Origin: an uncultured Flammeovirgaceae bacterium
Lineage (GTDB): Bacteria; Bacteroidota; Bacteroidia; Cytophagales; Cyclobacteriaceae
Assembly (NCBI GenBank): GCA_913050055.1
Contig: CAJXAT010000002.1
Span: forward strand, 23,633 to 63,632
Direction: 5' to 3'
DNA: 40,000 nucleotides
Part shown: piece by piece, positions 19,090-28,555 of the stretch
Layout: every line of letters starts with the position of its first letter
How positions within the stretch are numbered: position 1 is the first letter of the stretch
Notes under the pieces: model-generated
The model's input: only the letters and a program-made list of their open reading frames with translations
Database searches by the model: none
What the model was told of the DNA's origin: nothing
Position numbers and translations under genes: made by a program

Positions 19090-19965
19090 ATGATAAAATA
19101 TAATCCTAAATCCTGGGCATCCCTCATTTTTGATGTCTACAGTAGATATGTATTTAAATCATTACTGCCTCTCATTTTATTCATGGGTATCTTTTCGACC
19201 GCTTATGTAGCCATCATCGTTGATCTTGCGCAACTCCATTATGAAAGTACAATACAATTTCATTCTATTATTGGTGTGATGCTCGGGCTGTTTCTGGTCT
19301 TCAGAATCAATACCGCTTATGATCGTTGGTGGGAAGGAAGAAAATTATGGGGAAAATTAGTCAATGATACACGTTATTTGGCCATAAAAATAAATAATAT
19401 ACTCCCTGTTGATAGAACAGCCGATCGAGAATTTTTTATTGATATGATTGCGAATATTGCTTTCGCAACCAAAGAACATCTTCGAGACAGTATTCTTGTT
19501 AGTGAATTGTCATTGCCTGATGAGACCTTAAGGAATAACGTCATCTCTAGTACGCACAGACCTAATAAATTGGCTGACGCCTTATTTGAAAGAACCAATC
19601 AGCTTTATAAGGATCAGATAATTGATGGTTACCAACTTTATATTCTAGATAAAGAATTAAAGGGTTTTGTAGATATGATAGGAGGCTGCGAACGTATCAA
19701 AACAACTCCCATTCCTTTTTCATTCAGCATGTTTATCAAGAAATTTTTGTTCATTTACTCTTTAACACTTCCGGTCAGCTTTGCTTGGCAATTTGGTTAT
19801 TGGACGACGCCTATAGTAATTCTTACTTTTTATTTTTTAGTAAGTGTCGAACTTATCTCAGAAGAAATCGAAGACCCTTTTGGGGAAGATATCAATGATT
19901 TACCCCTTGATGAAATATGTTTCAAGATCAAAAAGAACGTTGAGGAGATCATGCTCAAAAATTAA
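19090..19965 (+). CDS. Bestrophin family protein (UPF0187 anion channel-like)
   Basis: ATG at 19090 (MIKYNPKSW); FRINTAYDRWWEGRKLWGKLVND, EEIEDPFGEDINDLPLDEIC. Confidence 0.9.
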   Translation: MIKYNPKSWASLIFDVYSRYVFKSLLPLILFMGIFSTAYVAIIVDLAQLHYESTIQFHSIIGVMLGLFLVFRINTAYDRWWEGRKLWGKLVNDTRYLAIKINNILPVDRTADREFFIDMIANIAFATKEHLRDSILVSELSLPDETLRNNVISSTHRPNKLADALFERTNQLYKDQIIDGYQLYILDKELKGFVDMIGGCERIKTTPIPFSFSMFIKKFLFIYSLTLPVSFAWQFGYWTTPIVILTFYFLVSVELISEEIEDPFGEDINDLPLDEICFKIKKNVEEIMLKN

Positions 19966-20017
19966 GCTCTTTTTTGGGGTCTCGATCTTTTTGAATAATG
20001 ACTAAAGCAATATCCCT

Positions 20018-20908
20018 TTAATCTAGAGATACGTTTACATGCCTTTCAGCATGATATGATGAGCGAACTAAAGGACCCGACTCAACATATTTCAATCCCC
20101 TCCTTAAGCCTTCCTCCTTGTACTTTTCAAATTGATCCGGATGGATGAACTCTGCTACTTCAATATGCATTTTAGTGGGTTGTAGATATTGTCCCAATGT
20201 CAAAATGTGTAATCCGGCCTCCACCAAATCATCTATGGCCTTAAAAACTTCTTCTTCAGTTTCTCCAAGACCTAGCATAATCCCTGATTTGGTTCGCTTG
20301 CCCATCTTGTAAGTACGTAGAGTTTGTTCTAGGCTTCTCGCATATCTTGCCTGAGGTCTGACTCTTTTATACAATCTTTCGACCGTTTCCATATTATGAG
20401 AAACGACCTCTTGTCCTCCCTCAACCATCCGCTGTAAGGCATCCCAATTGTTCTTAACATCTGGTATTAAGGTTTCAATAGTCGTTGTTGGGCTTAGTTC
20501 TTTTACCAATTTTACCGTCTGATACCATATTTCTGCACCCCGATCTTTGAGCTCATCTCGATTGACCGAAGTAAGTACCGCATGTTTTACCCCCATGGTG
20601 GCAATGGCTTCTGCAACGCGTTGGGGCTCAGCCTCATCATATTCAAGAGGTCGTCCCGTAGCTACCGCACAGAAGGTACAACTTCGTGTGCATACATTTC
20701 CTAAAATCATGAAGGTAGCCGTTCCTGCACCCCAACATTCACCCATGTTTGGACAGTTTCCACTCTCACAAATGGTATGCAGCTTGTTTTCATCTACAAT
20801 TTTACGAACCTTCGCATAATCTTCGCCAACTGGGAGTTTTACGCGCAGCCAATTTGGTTTTTTTATGTGCTTACCAGACGCTGCTGAAATTACAGGTAAT
20901 TCTATCAT
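20018..20908 (-). CDS. lipA: Lipoyl synthase (radical SAM)
   Basis: ATG at 20908 ([26 protein letters not shown]); [12 protein letters not shown] and [11 protein letters not shown]. Confidence 0.95.
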   Translation of the reverse strand: MIELPVISAASGKHIKKPNWLRVKLPVGEDYAKVRKIVDENKLHTICESGNCPNMGECWGAGTATFMILGNVCTRSCTFCAVATGRPLEYDEAEPQRVAEAIATMGVKHAVLTSVNRDELKDRGAEIWYQTVKLVKELSPTTTIETLIPDVKNNWDALQRMVEGGQEVVSHNMETVERLYKRVRPQARYARSLEQTLRTYKMGKRTKSGIMLGLGETEEEVFKAIDDLVEAGLHILTLGQYLQPTKMHIEVAEFIHPDQFEKYKEEGLRRGLKYVESGPLVRSSYHAERHVNVSLD

Positions 20909-20933
20909 TCGATTATTTAATATTAACTCAAAA

Positions 20934-21644
20934 TTAATAAATTCTCTTCCCCCAAAAGAAAGTAAAAAAAGCGGAGGTGTACAAAGCCCTATTGGGCTTG
21001 GTGGGTACAATAACTATTTGTTTAACATAACCTTCAGCCATCACACCAAACTCAATCCCAATCACATTCCTCATAAAACTGCCAAATTCAAAATCTAATG
21101 CCGCTTTAATATTGATTCCAGGGATTATTTTTGACTCCCCAAAGCCCTGTAAAAATTTACCTGAACCCTGGATGGATTGTAAATTCGTATACCTTACTGG
21201 ATCGTATACCACATATTCTCCACCAGAGGTAAGCACATAATAGGGGATGACAATACCAATGGTTGGTCCTGCGGTTATATTGGCATTAATTTGAACTCCT
21301 TTTTGACTTTCCTTTCCATATATAATTTTATCCCTCCCATATTGACCTCTAATAGCCAATAATCTATTTTGCTTTCCCCAAATGAAGGTGCTTCCATTTT
21401 GTGAGGAAGTATATTTTAGCTCACTAGGATGTGCTACGTTTACCAGCTCAAAACCGAAAGTTTCGAAAATACCCTTTTTGTGACTTCTTCCGTATCTAAA
21501 AACTGCTCCTCCAATCAAACTACTATTGGTATTGGTCGTCACTCCCCAAATAAATTCTTTTACGTATTGATCTTGGTCATCAAATTGGGAAAACCCCAAA
21601 AAGAAGCTTAAAATCATAAAAAAAGTTAGAATTCCTTTAAACAT
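20934..21644 (-). CDS. Conserved hypothetical exported protein (beta-barrel-like)
   Basis: Signal peptide [20 protein letters not shown], alternating aromatic/polar strands, 236 aa. Confidence 0.65.
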   Translation of the reverse strand: MFKGILTFFMILSFFLGFSQFDDQDQYVKEFIWGVTTNTNSSLIGGAVFRYGRSHKKGIFETFGFELVNVAHPSELKYTSSQNGSTFIWGKQNRLLAIRGQYGRDKIIYGKESQKGVQINANITAGPTIGIVIPYYVLTSGGEYVVYDPVRYTNLQSIQGSGKFLQGFGESKIIPGINIKAALDFEFGSFMRNVIGIEFGVMAEGYVKQIVIVPTKPNRALYTSAFFTFFWGKRIY

Positions 21645-21690
21645 TAATCGATTTATTCTTCAGTTGTAACGTAAAGATAAAAGTTTGTAA

Positions 21691-22092
21691 ATGCAATTCA
21701 AATCGAATTATCAAGGAAGATTAAGAACTTCAATCATGCATCAAGGTTCTGGAGATCCGCTCCTTACCGATGCGCCCAAAGATAACAAAGGTCAAGGTAA
21801 AACTTTTCCACCAACCGATCTGGTGGCAGCAGCTTTAGTTAGTTGCATAGCAACCATTATGGGTATAGAAGCTGATAAAATGAATGTTAACCTTAGTGGC
21901 CTGACTTGGGAGACCACCAAAGAGATGCAAACCCATCCAAGAACCATTGGGAAGATTAAGGTACATTTTAGTTGGAAGAACTGCGAAATTTCTTTTGAAC
22001 AACATGTTTTATTAAAAAACAAAGGCCTGGCCTGCCCAGTCATGTTGGCGCTCTCACCCAACATCATTCAAGAAATTACCTTCGACTTTTAA
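21691..22092 (+). CDS. OsmC family peroxiredoxin-like protein
   Basis: FPPTDLVAAALVSCIATIMGIEADK and GLACPVMLALSPNI carry the two OsmC cysteines. Confidence 0.87.
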   Translation: MQFKSNYQGRLRTSIMHQGSGDPLLTDAPKDNKGQGKTFPPTDLVAAALVSCIATIMGIEADKMNVNLSGLTWETTKEMQTHPRTIGKIKVHFSWKNCEISFEQHVLLKNKGLACPVMLALSPNIIQEITFDF

Positions 22093-22433
22093 TCCTCTTG
22101 AAGATAAGCCAATAACACTTGGTAATCTATACCGAAATGCGAATCATGATACGTAACCGATCCCCCTTCAACAACTAATAACTGGGGTGATTCATGGCGC
22201 ACGTCAAAATCAATGGAAATTTGATCAGAGATACGGCGGTACCTGAGCAAATCTAAAAAATAGATGGATAAATTCCTTACCTCATCCCCACGCCATTTTC
22301 GTTCGAGACGATCAAGCACCATGGCACTGGTTGAACAGCTTGTGCTGTGCTTGAATATCATCACAGGCTGCTCTTGAGACGCTTGTTTGATTTCTAGCAA
22401 TTGATCTTCATTTATTAGAGGTATCCAGTTCAT
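22089..22433 (-). CDS. ytxJ: Bacillithiol system redox-active protein YtxJ
   Basis: MIFKHSTSCSTSAMVLDRLERKW, RYRRISDQISIDFDVRHESPQLLVVEGG, HDSHFGI. Confidence 0.87.
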   Translation of the reverse strand: MNWIPLINEDQLLEIKQASQEQPVMIFKHSTSCSTSAMVLDRLERKWRGDEVRNLSIYFLDLLRYRRISDQISIDFDVRHESPQLLVVEGGSVTYHDSHFGIDYQVLLAYLQED

Positions 22434-23095
22434 TAATTATTCCAAATTTTTCGTTCTTTTTTATCAAATTTTGCGGGGCTTACCTTCTCCTTGATCCCTT
22501 CAGGAGTACGGGTACTTGATCCCAAGTTCACCCATAATAAATTCCAATCTCTATTTTTAGAATGTAAATATCCTCCTTGTTCTGATTTTTTAATATTTAC
22601 ATCCGTGATAGTTGGAACCCTAAAGGAAGTCCAGGGCTTACTTTTTATAAATAAATCAAATGTAGACCAGCTCAAGACACTTGCATTAAAATAATTTTTT
22701 TGCCCCGATACACTTCTAATTCTACTTTTTTTAAAATCGTTTTTTTCAAACTCCACATATTTTAGACTCTTACGCAAAGCATGAGCAACCCGACTCAAAT
22801 CACTTGCATTAAAGTGATTTTTATGCCCCATTACACTTCTAATTTTGTTATTTTCAAACTCATGGCTTGTAAACTTCCCATGCTTCAACCGTTTACCCAA
22901 AACATAAGCCCCGTCACCTTCAAGAGGCCTCTTTTGATTTTTATTCCAAAAAAATATCCTGCGACCCTTTTTCTTGACCTTTATCGTTCTCAGTTTAACA
23001 TCGCTATCAGGTATTATTTGAGCCTGCCCATTAAAAGAAATACAGCACAAAAAAAATACCAATAATAAGAAAAATATGTAAGGTGACCCCTTCAA
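22433..23095 (-). CDS. Hypothetical exported protein with internal repeats
   Basis: Signal peptide; two copies of a motif, IRSVMGHKNHFNASDLS and IRSVSGQKNYFNASVLS. Confidence 0.6.
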   Translation of the reverse strand: MKGSPYIFFLLLVFFLCCISFNGQAQIIPDSDVKLRTIKVKKKGRRIFFWNKNQKRPLEGDGAYVLGKRLKHGKFTSHEFENNKIRSVMGHKNHFNASDLSRVAHALRKSLKYVEFEKNDFKKSRIRSVSGQKNYFNASVLSWSTFDLFIKSKPWTSFRVPTITDVNIKKSEQGGYLHSKNRDWNLLWVNLGSSTRTPEGIKEKVSPAKFDKKERKIWNN

Positions 23096-23118
23096 AACTT
23101 TAATGTAAATTAATCAAA

Positions 23119-25086
23119 TTAATATTTTAGTAAATAATTTAACTGTTCAAGTAACCGCTGCTGGGGTAAAAAATTTTGTTCCAAGGCATTAGAAAATGGA
23201 ACAGGCGTGTCCAAACTTCCTACTCTCAAAACAGGCGCATCTAGATCTTCAAAGCAATGCGTACCTATCCAAGCGGCAATTTCTGCACCAATACCACCTG
23301 TTATGCAATCTTCGTGAAGAATCAAACTCTTGTTAGTTTTCTTTACTGATGTACTTACCGTTTCTTTATCCCAAGGCATTAAAGTACATAAATCAATTAT
23401 TTCGAGTCCATCTATCGTTTTGGATGCTTCTAATGCCCAATGTACGCCCATTCCATAAGTAATAATGGTTAATCTATCTCCTTTCAACGCTACTTGTGCC
23501 TTTCCTATTTCCATTGTATGATAGCCCTTGGCTACCGGTCCCATCAAAGATCGATACAAATATTTATGCTCAAAAAATAGGTAAGGGTTGGGGTCTTCAA
23601 TCGCCGCACACAATAAGCCCTTGGCTGCTGCTGGCGTGGATGGGTATACAATTTTCAAGCCAGGCGTATGAAAAAACCAAGCTTCATTTGATTGTGAATG
23701 AAAAGGCCCTGCATTTACACCCGCACCTGTTGGCATTCTTATCACAACGTCTGCATTTTGTGCCCATCGATAATAAGATTTTGCCAAATTATTGACAATT
23801 TGATTAAACCCACAGGTAACGAAATCTGCAAATTGCATTTCCATTACCGACTTCATGCCCGCAATACTGAGCCCCAAGGTAATCCCCACAATGGCTGATT
23901 CACATAAAGGTGTATTTCGAATCCGTAGAGATCCAAATTGTTCTAAAAATCCTTCCGAAATTTTAAAAACTCCTCCATAATCTGCAATATCCTGTCCTAA
24001 AAATACAAGCTCCTTGTGACGCTCCAAACTTTGCCGAAGACCTTCTGAAATGGCATCAACATATCTAATATCTCTGGTTTTGGGCTCTAAATCTCTATTT
24101 TTTTGAGTAAATGGTGCATAAACATCAGCGAGTTCTTGTTCCGGGTTGACCGTTAATGGCGCTTCGCTGAAGGCCTTTTTAACCGCCATATTAATCTCTT
24201 TTTTAATATCCTCTTTAAGAGTTTCTAAAACATTCGAGTCAATTCCCGACTCAATTAGGAAAGATTCATAATTGGCAATAGGATCTTTTTTTGCCCAATA
24301 ATCCATCAACTCTTTCGGAACGTATTTAGTCCCCGAAGCCTCCTCATGACCTCGCATTCTAAACGTTTTGGCCTCAAAAATGACGGGCCGAGGTCGCTCT
24401 CTTATAGAATCGCAAACCTTTTCAAGTTCATTCATGACTTCTAGGATGTTATTCCCATCTACCGAGATGGCTTCTATTCCGTAAGCTGGACCTTTCACCA
24501 AAAATGAATCAAAATTAAACTGTTGATTACTGGGAGTTGAAAGGCCATAGCCATTATTTTCGATAACAAAAATTACAGGTAAATTCCAAACAGAAGCGAC
24601 ATTAACAGCTTCATGGAAATCTCCTTGACTCGTACCCCCGTCACCTGTGAAAACAAGGGTCACCTTTTTCTTTTTTTGTATCAAGTCAGCCAATGCAATC
24701 CCATCCGCAACCCCAAGTTGTGGTCCCAAATGAGAGATCATCCCAACCAAGTGATGTTCTGTGGTACCAAAATGGAAGGAACGATCTCGCCCTTTGGTAA
24801 ATCCATTAGCTTTCCCTTGAAATTGGCTAAATAGCTTTTCTAGTGGGATTTTTCTAGTGGTAAATATCCCTAAATTTCGATGCATAGGTAAAAGGTATTC
24901 CGAATCCTTCAAGCACAAGGCAGCGCCAACACTGATGGCTTCTTGGCCAATTCCTGAAAACCATTTGGTTATTTTACCTTGCCTTAGCAGGATTAACATC
25001 TTTTCTTCCATCAAACGGGGCGTAACCAGTTCTTGGTAAATTTCGGTCAACCTACTTTTTGATCTTTTATTGGGTTCAAATTTCAT
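23119..25086 (-). CDS. 2-oxoacid (branched-chain) dehydrogenase E1, fused alpha-beta subunits
   Basis: N-terminal E1 alpha (GDGGTSQGDFHEAVNVASVWNLPVIFVIENNGYG) fused to transketolase-like beta part (ADFVTCGFNQIVNNLAKSYYRW, FHSQSNEAWFFHTPGLKIVYPS). Confidence 0.92.
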   Translation of the reverse strand: MKFEPNKRSKSRLTEIYQELVTPRLMEEKMLILLRQGKITKWFSGIGQEAISVGAALCLKDSEYLLPMHRNLGIFTTRKIPLEKLFSQFQGKANGFTKGRDRSFHFGTTEHHLVGMISHLGPQLGVADGIALADLIQKKKKVTLVFTGDGGTSQGDFHEAVNVASVWNLPVIFVIENNGYGLSTPSNQQFNFDSFLVKGPAYGIEAISVDGNNILEVMNELEKVCDSIRERPRPVIFEAKTFRMRGHEEASGTKYVPKELMDYWAKKDPIANYESFLIESGIDSNVLETLKEDIKKEINMAVKKAFSEAPLTVNPEQELADVYAPFTQKNRDLEPKTRDIRYVDAISEGLRQSLERHKELVFLGQDIADYGGVFKISEGFLEQFGSLRIRNTPLCESAIVGITLGLSIAGMKSVMEMQFADFVTCGFNQIVNNLAKSYYRWAQNADVVIRMPTGAGVNAGPFHSQSNEAWFFHTPGLKIVYPSTPAAAKGLLCAAIEDPNPYLFFEHKYLYRSLMGPVAKGYHTMEIGKAQVALKGDRLTIITYGMGVHWALEASKTIDGLEIIDLCTLMPWDKETVSTSVKKTNKSLILHEDCITGGIGAEIAAWIGTHCFEDLDAPVLRVGSLDTPVPFSNALEQNFLPQQRLLEQLNYLLKY

Positions 25087-25148
25087 GATTCAAAAAATTT
25101 CGAAAAAGACTTTGTAAAGATGGTACACTCTCATGAATTTTTAGATGT

Positions 25149-25156
25149 TATTTTTG
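25149..25156 (+). promoter_or_regulatory. Candidate -7 box (TATTTTTG) upstream of M16 peptidase
   Basis: Matches TAnnTTTG 16 nt upstream of the start codon. Confidence 0.3.
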
Positions 25157-25172
25157 TATTTCACAATAGCTT

Positions 25173-26402
25173 ATGATTGAATTCGAAAAATTTAAATTAA
25201 CCAATGGCCTTGAGGTAATTCTTCATCAGGACAAAACCTCTTCGTTGGTCTGTTTGAACACCCTATACAAAGTGGGCTCTAAAAATGAAGATCCTAATAA
25301 AACTGGCTTTGCCCATCTTTTTGAACACTTGATGTTTGGGGGATCCAAGCATATCCCTAATTTTGATAGCCCCTTGCAAGCTGTAGGAGGTGATAACAAT
25401 GCCTTCACAAGTAGTGACATTACCAATTATTATACTACAGTTCCTGCAAATAATATAGAAACTGGTTTCTGGCTTGAATCAGATCGGATGTTGGCATTGT
25501 CATTTGAAGAGCAAGTCCTTGAAAGAGAGAAAAATGTGGTCATTGAAGAATTTAAACAACGCTACCTAAATCAACCCTATGGAGATGTTTGGTTGAAATT
25601 GAGCCCTGCAGCCTATCAATTACACCCATATCGTTGGCCAACCATCGGAAAAGAAATTTCTCATATTAAAAATATAAATATGGAAGAGGTAAAGGCGTTT
25701 TTTGATACTTACTATGCGCCCTCCAACGCGATATTGGTCATTGCAGGTAACATTAACCTCTTAGAGGCGCAGCGACTTTGCGCCAAATGGTTTGCACCTA
25801 TTGAGGATCGAAGTGTGAACAAGCGTATCATCCCCTTGGAGCCAAAGCAGAGTCAGCATCGGCACATCGATTTAACAGCCCAAGTTCCCCAAAATGCTAT
25901 TTATAAAGCTTATCACATGCCCGGCAGGGCCAGCAAACAATATCAAGCAAATGATTTACTCTCAGATATTTTAGGCAGAGGCAAGTCTTCTATTTTACAC
26001 CAGCACGGTGTTAAAAAATCACAGATTTTTTCTTCCTCATCTTCTTACGTAACCGGAAGTATAGACCCAGGGCTTATGATTATTAGTGGTCGGCTCAGTG
26101 AAAATATTACTTTTGAGACCGCTGAAAAAACACTTGATGATGCTTTTCAAGAACTAATGACTCAACCTGCTGAATCACTCCAAAAAGTTAAAAATATGGC
26201 TACCTCGTCCATTACTTTTGGAGAGATCGATTTATTAAATAGGGCCATGAGTTTAGCTTATAACACCCATTTGGGAAATACCGATTTAGTCAATAAAGAG
26301 ATTGACATCGTTGAAGCGGTAACTGAAAAAGAAATAAGTGCTGCCATCCACAGTACCTTACTTGAATCAAATTGTACCACATTGTATTATCATAAAAATT
26401 AA
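25173..26402 (+). CDS. M16 family metallopeptidase (insulinase-like)
   Basis: KTGFAHLFEHLMFGGS carries HxxEH; VVIEEFKQRYLNQPYGDVW. Confidence 0.92.
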   Translation: MIEFEKFKLTNGLEVILHQDKTSSLVCLNTLYKVGSKNEDPNKTGFAHLFEHLMFGGSKHIPNFDSPLQAVGGDNNAFTSSDITNYYTTVPANNIETGFWLESDRMLALSFEEQVLEREKNVVIEEFKQRYLNQPYGDVWLKLSPAAYQLHPYRWPTIGKEISHIKNINMEEVKAFFDTYYAPSNAILVIAGNINLLEAQRLCAKWFAPIEDRSVNKRIIPLEPKQSQHRHIDLTAQVPQNAIYKAYHMPGRASKQYQANDLLSDILGRGKSSILHQHGVKKSQIFSSSSSYVTGSIDPGLMIISGRLSENITFETAEKTLDDAFQELMTQPAESLQKVKNMATSSITFGEIDLLNRAMSLAYNTHLGNTDLVNKEIDIVEAVTEKEISAAIHSTLLESNCTTLYYHKN

Positions 26403-26406
26403 GTCT

Positions 26407-26892
26407 ATGAAACCTGCTATTAAAATTGGCTATGGCTATGACGTTCATCAGCTTGCCCCTCAAGTAGACTTCTGGCTGGGGGGTATCAAAATTCCCCATA
26501 CCCACGGAGCGATCGGTCATTCTGATGCAGACGTATTGATTCATGTCATTTGCGACGCGCTACTTGGGGCTGCCAACTTACGTGATATCGGCTTTCACTT
26601 TTCTGATAAAGATCCGAAATTCAAAGACATTGATAGTAAGCTATTGTTGAAAGAAGTTATGAATCTCATTGATGAAAAAGGTTATAAAATTGGAAATATT
26701 GATACCACAATATGCCTGCAAGAACCTAAGATCGGACCTTACATTGAAAATATAAAAGCTTGTCTATCTCAGGTAATGGTTCTAGATAAAGCAGATATCT
26801 CGATCAAAGCTACCACGACCGAAACCCTTGGATTTGTAGGTAAAAAAGAGGGCGTTTCCGCACACGCCGTCGTCCTTATCTATAAAGATTAA
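26407..26892 (+). CDS. ispF: 2-C-methyl-D-erythritol 2,4-cyclodiphosphate synthase
   Basis: GYGYDVHQL, LGGIKIPHTHGAIGHSDADVLIHVICDALLGAANLRDIGFHFSD, ATTTETLGFVGKKEGVSAHAVV. Confidence 0.95.
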   Translation: MKPAIKIGYGYDVHQLAPQVDFWLGGIKIPHTHGAIGHSDADVLIHVICDALLGAANLRDIGFHFSDKDPKFKDIDSKLLLKEVMNLIDEKGYKIGNIDTTICLQEPKIGPYIENIKACLSQVMVLDKADISIKATTTETLGFVGKKEGVSAHAVVLIYKD

Positions 26893-26899
26893 AAGTAAT

Positions 26900-27586
26900 A
26901 TGATTCCTTCAAACGCTGAAAATAATGATAAAAAAGCATCTCTAAAATCGCCCAACTTAGTACTGTTTACTACTGGAGATGGTTCTTCATCCTTATTGGA
27001 TACGGAATTAAATGATTTTTATCATTCAACGAAAGGGGCCATTGGAGAATCTCTGCATGTTTACATTGAGCAAGGCCTTGACTATTTTAAAAGAATAGAT
27101 CCTTCCTGCAAGCACATTAAGATTCTCGAAATCGGATTTGGAACAGGATTGAACGCCCTACTCTCCATCAATTGGGCACAAGACAATTCATGTCTAGTTG
27201 ATTATGAAAGCCTAGAGACCCATCCCTTACCTGCAGCCATTTATACACAGTTACAATTCAAAAATTGGTCTAAAAATGTGGCCAAGATTCATCAATGTGA
27301 ATGGGGGGTTACTCATAGCATTAATAAGGTCTTTAAGCTGACCAAGTATAGCGCGTCACTTGAAAAATTCAAACAGATACACTCCTATTACGATGTGATT
27401 TTTTTTGATGCTTTTAGCCCGTCAAAACAGCCCAGTATTTGGTGCCAATCGAATTTAAAAAAATGCTTTAACTATCTCAAAAAAAATAGATTTTTGGTCA
27501 CCTACTGCGCACAAGGGCAATTCAAAAGAGATTTAATTGCGATAGGATTTGAGATCGAAACGTTACCTGGTGCCATGGGGAAATGA
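26900..27586 (+). CDS. mnmD: tRNA (5-methylaminomethyl-2-thiouridine)(34)-methyltransferase MnmD, C-terminally truncated by an in-frame TGA (frame continues to TAG at 27616)
   Basis: LVLFTTGDGSSSLLDTELNDFYHSTKGAIGESLHVYI, LEIGFGTGLNALL, VIFFDAFSPSKQPSIW, FLVTYCAQGQFKRDL; then GAMGK*EMIRAQKVN*. Confidence 0.85.
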   Translation: MIPSNAENNDKKASLKSPNLVLFTTGDGSSSLLDTELNDFYHSTKGAIGESLHVYIEQGLDYFKRIDPSCKHIKILEIGFGTGLNALLSINWAQDNSCLVDYESLETHPLPAAIYTQLQFKNWSKNVAKIHQCEWGVTHSINKVFKLTKYSASLEKFKQIHSYYDVIFFDAFSPSKQPSIWCQSNLKKCFNYLKKNRFLVTYCAQGQFKRDLIAIGFEIETLPGAMGK

Positions 27587-27622
27587 GAAATGATTCGCGC
27601 CCAAAAAGTTAATTAGGCTGTT

Positions 27623-28552
27623 CTAATTTTTGTTTTCAGCCTCCTCTTGGGCCTTTTGGGCAATCTCAGAGGTCAATACTTGCTCTAAAGATGATATCGC
27701 AGATACGTTAAAGAAGCCAACAGGATGAATAGCTGAGTTCACATCCTCATTCATCAAATTAGTTGACACATTTGAAAATGGTTGCGCAAACAAAGCCCCA
27801 AATCCACCCGAACGAACCGTTTGAATCTTTACTTCATTAAGAAAATAAAAAGCCGACTCACTGATAGAATATATTTCGACATAGATCGTATCTCCAATCG
27901 AATAAGGTGGCTCCTCGTCTGTGTCAAAAGGATTGATCAATTCTTGTATTGGTTGAATAAATACCTGACCATCTATGTTCCCCCCTGCACTGAAACCTGC
28001 ATCATAGGCGATGTTTATTTCACTTGCCTTATTGAGATATACTCCATTTTTCCAAGCTTTTATCCAATAGGTATTTCCCACTCCCGCTAAATCCGTAGCT
28101 ACTACCTCAGCCAAATAATAATCCTCTGCTGTAGAAAAGTCTTCCTCTTGATACTTAAAGGTAATTGAATCTATAGGGGGCACTGGGTTCATTTCTGAAG
28201 TTCCACTAAACCGTATTCCATCAATGGATACATTCAGCTGATAAGAAGTCCCCACTTGCAGAAATGAGGTACTTAAAGAATCCCCCCAGACATATCCTCC
28301 CTCTGTTTCTTCGAAATCGTATCTATTTCCATCTTCATCGGTCAAATAAACTTTGGCTCCAGAAAGAAGTTTCGGAAGCTCGGACATGAAATAATTATTG
28401 GATTTAGATAAAAATATCTTTTGGCTCCCGGGCAAATCATTCAGCCATGCATCTACCACATATTGTTCTAGACTAGGTTCAAGTTCAGGATAGATGATGT
28501 TCTCACAAGCAAAAAAAGCAAAAGCAATGAGCAAAATAAATATTTTTTTCAT
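27623..28552 (-). CDS. DUF4249-type lipoprotein
   Basis: Lipoprotein leader (MKKIFILLIAFAFFAC), DLPGSQKIFLSKSNNYF, AKVYLTDEDGNRYDFEE; paired with a TonB-dependent receptor. Confidence 0.8.
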   Translation of the reverse strand: MKKIFILLIAFAFFACENIIYPELEPSLEQYVVDAWLNDLPGSQKIFLSKSNNYFMSELPKLLSGAKVYLTDEDGNRYDFEETEGGYVWGDSLSTSFLQVGTSYQLNVSIDGIRFSGTSEMNPVPPIDSITFKYQEEDFSTAEDYYLAEVVATDLAGVGNTYWIKAWKNGVYLNKASEINIAYDAGFSAGGNIDGQVFIQPIQELINPFDTDEEPPYSIGDTIYVEIYSISESAFYFLNEVKIQTVRSGGFGALFAQPFSNVSTNLMNEDVNSAIHPVGFFNVSAISSLEQVLTSEIAQKAQEEAENKN

Positions 28553-28555
28553 TCC

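Noticed and set aside
20909-21010. N-terminal extension of lipA in the ORF track
   Set aside because: It overlaps the neighbouring CDS and lacks family conservation; the ATG at 20908 fits better.
22781-23065. Plus-strand ORF antisense to the orphan exported protein
   Set aside because: The minus-strand product has a signal peptide and operon-like coupling to ytxJ; the plus ORF reads as low-complexity antisense.
26338-26406. N-terminal extension of ispF in the ORF track
   Set aside because: The extension overlaps the end of the M16 peptidase gene; the ATG at 26407 gives the standard IspF N-terminus (KIGYGYDVH).
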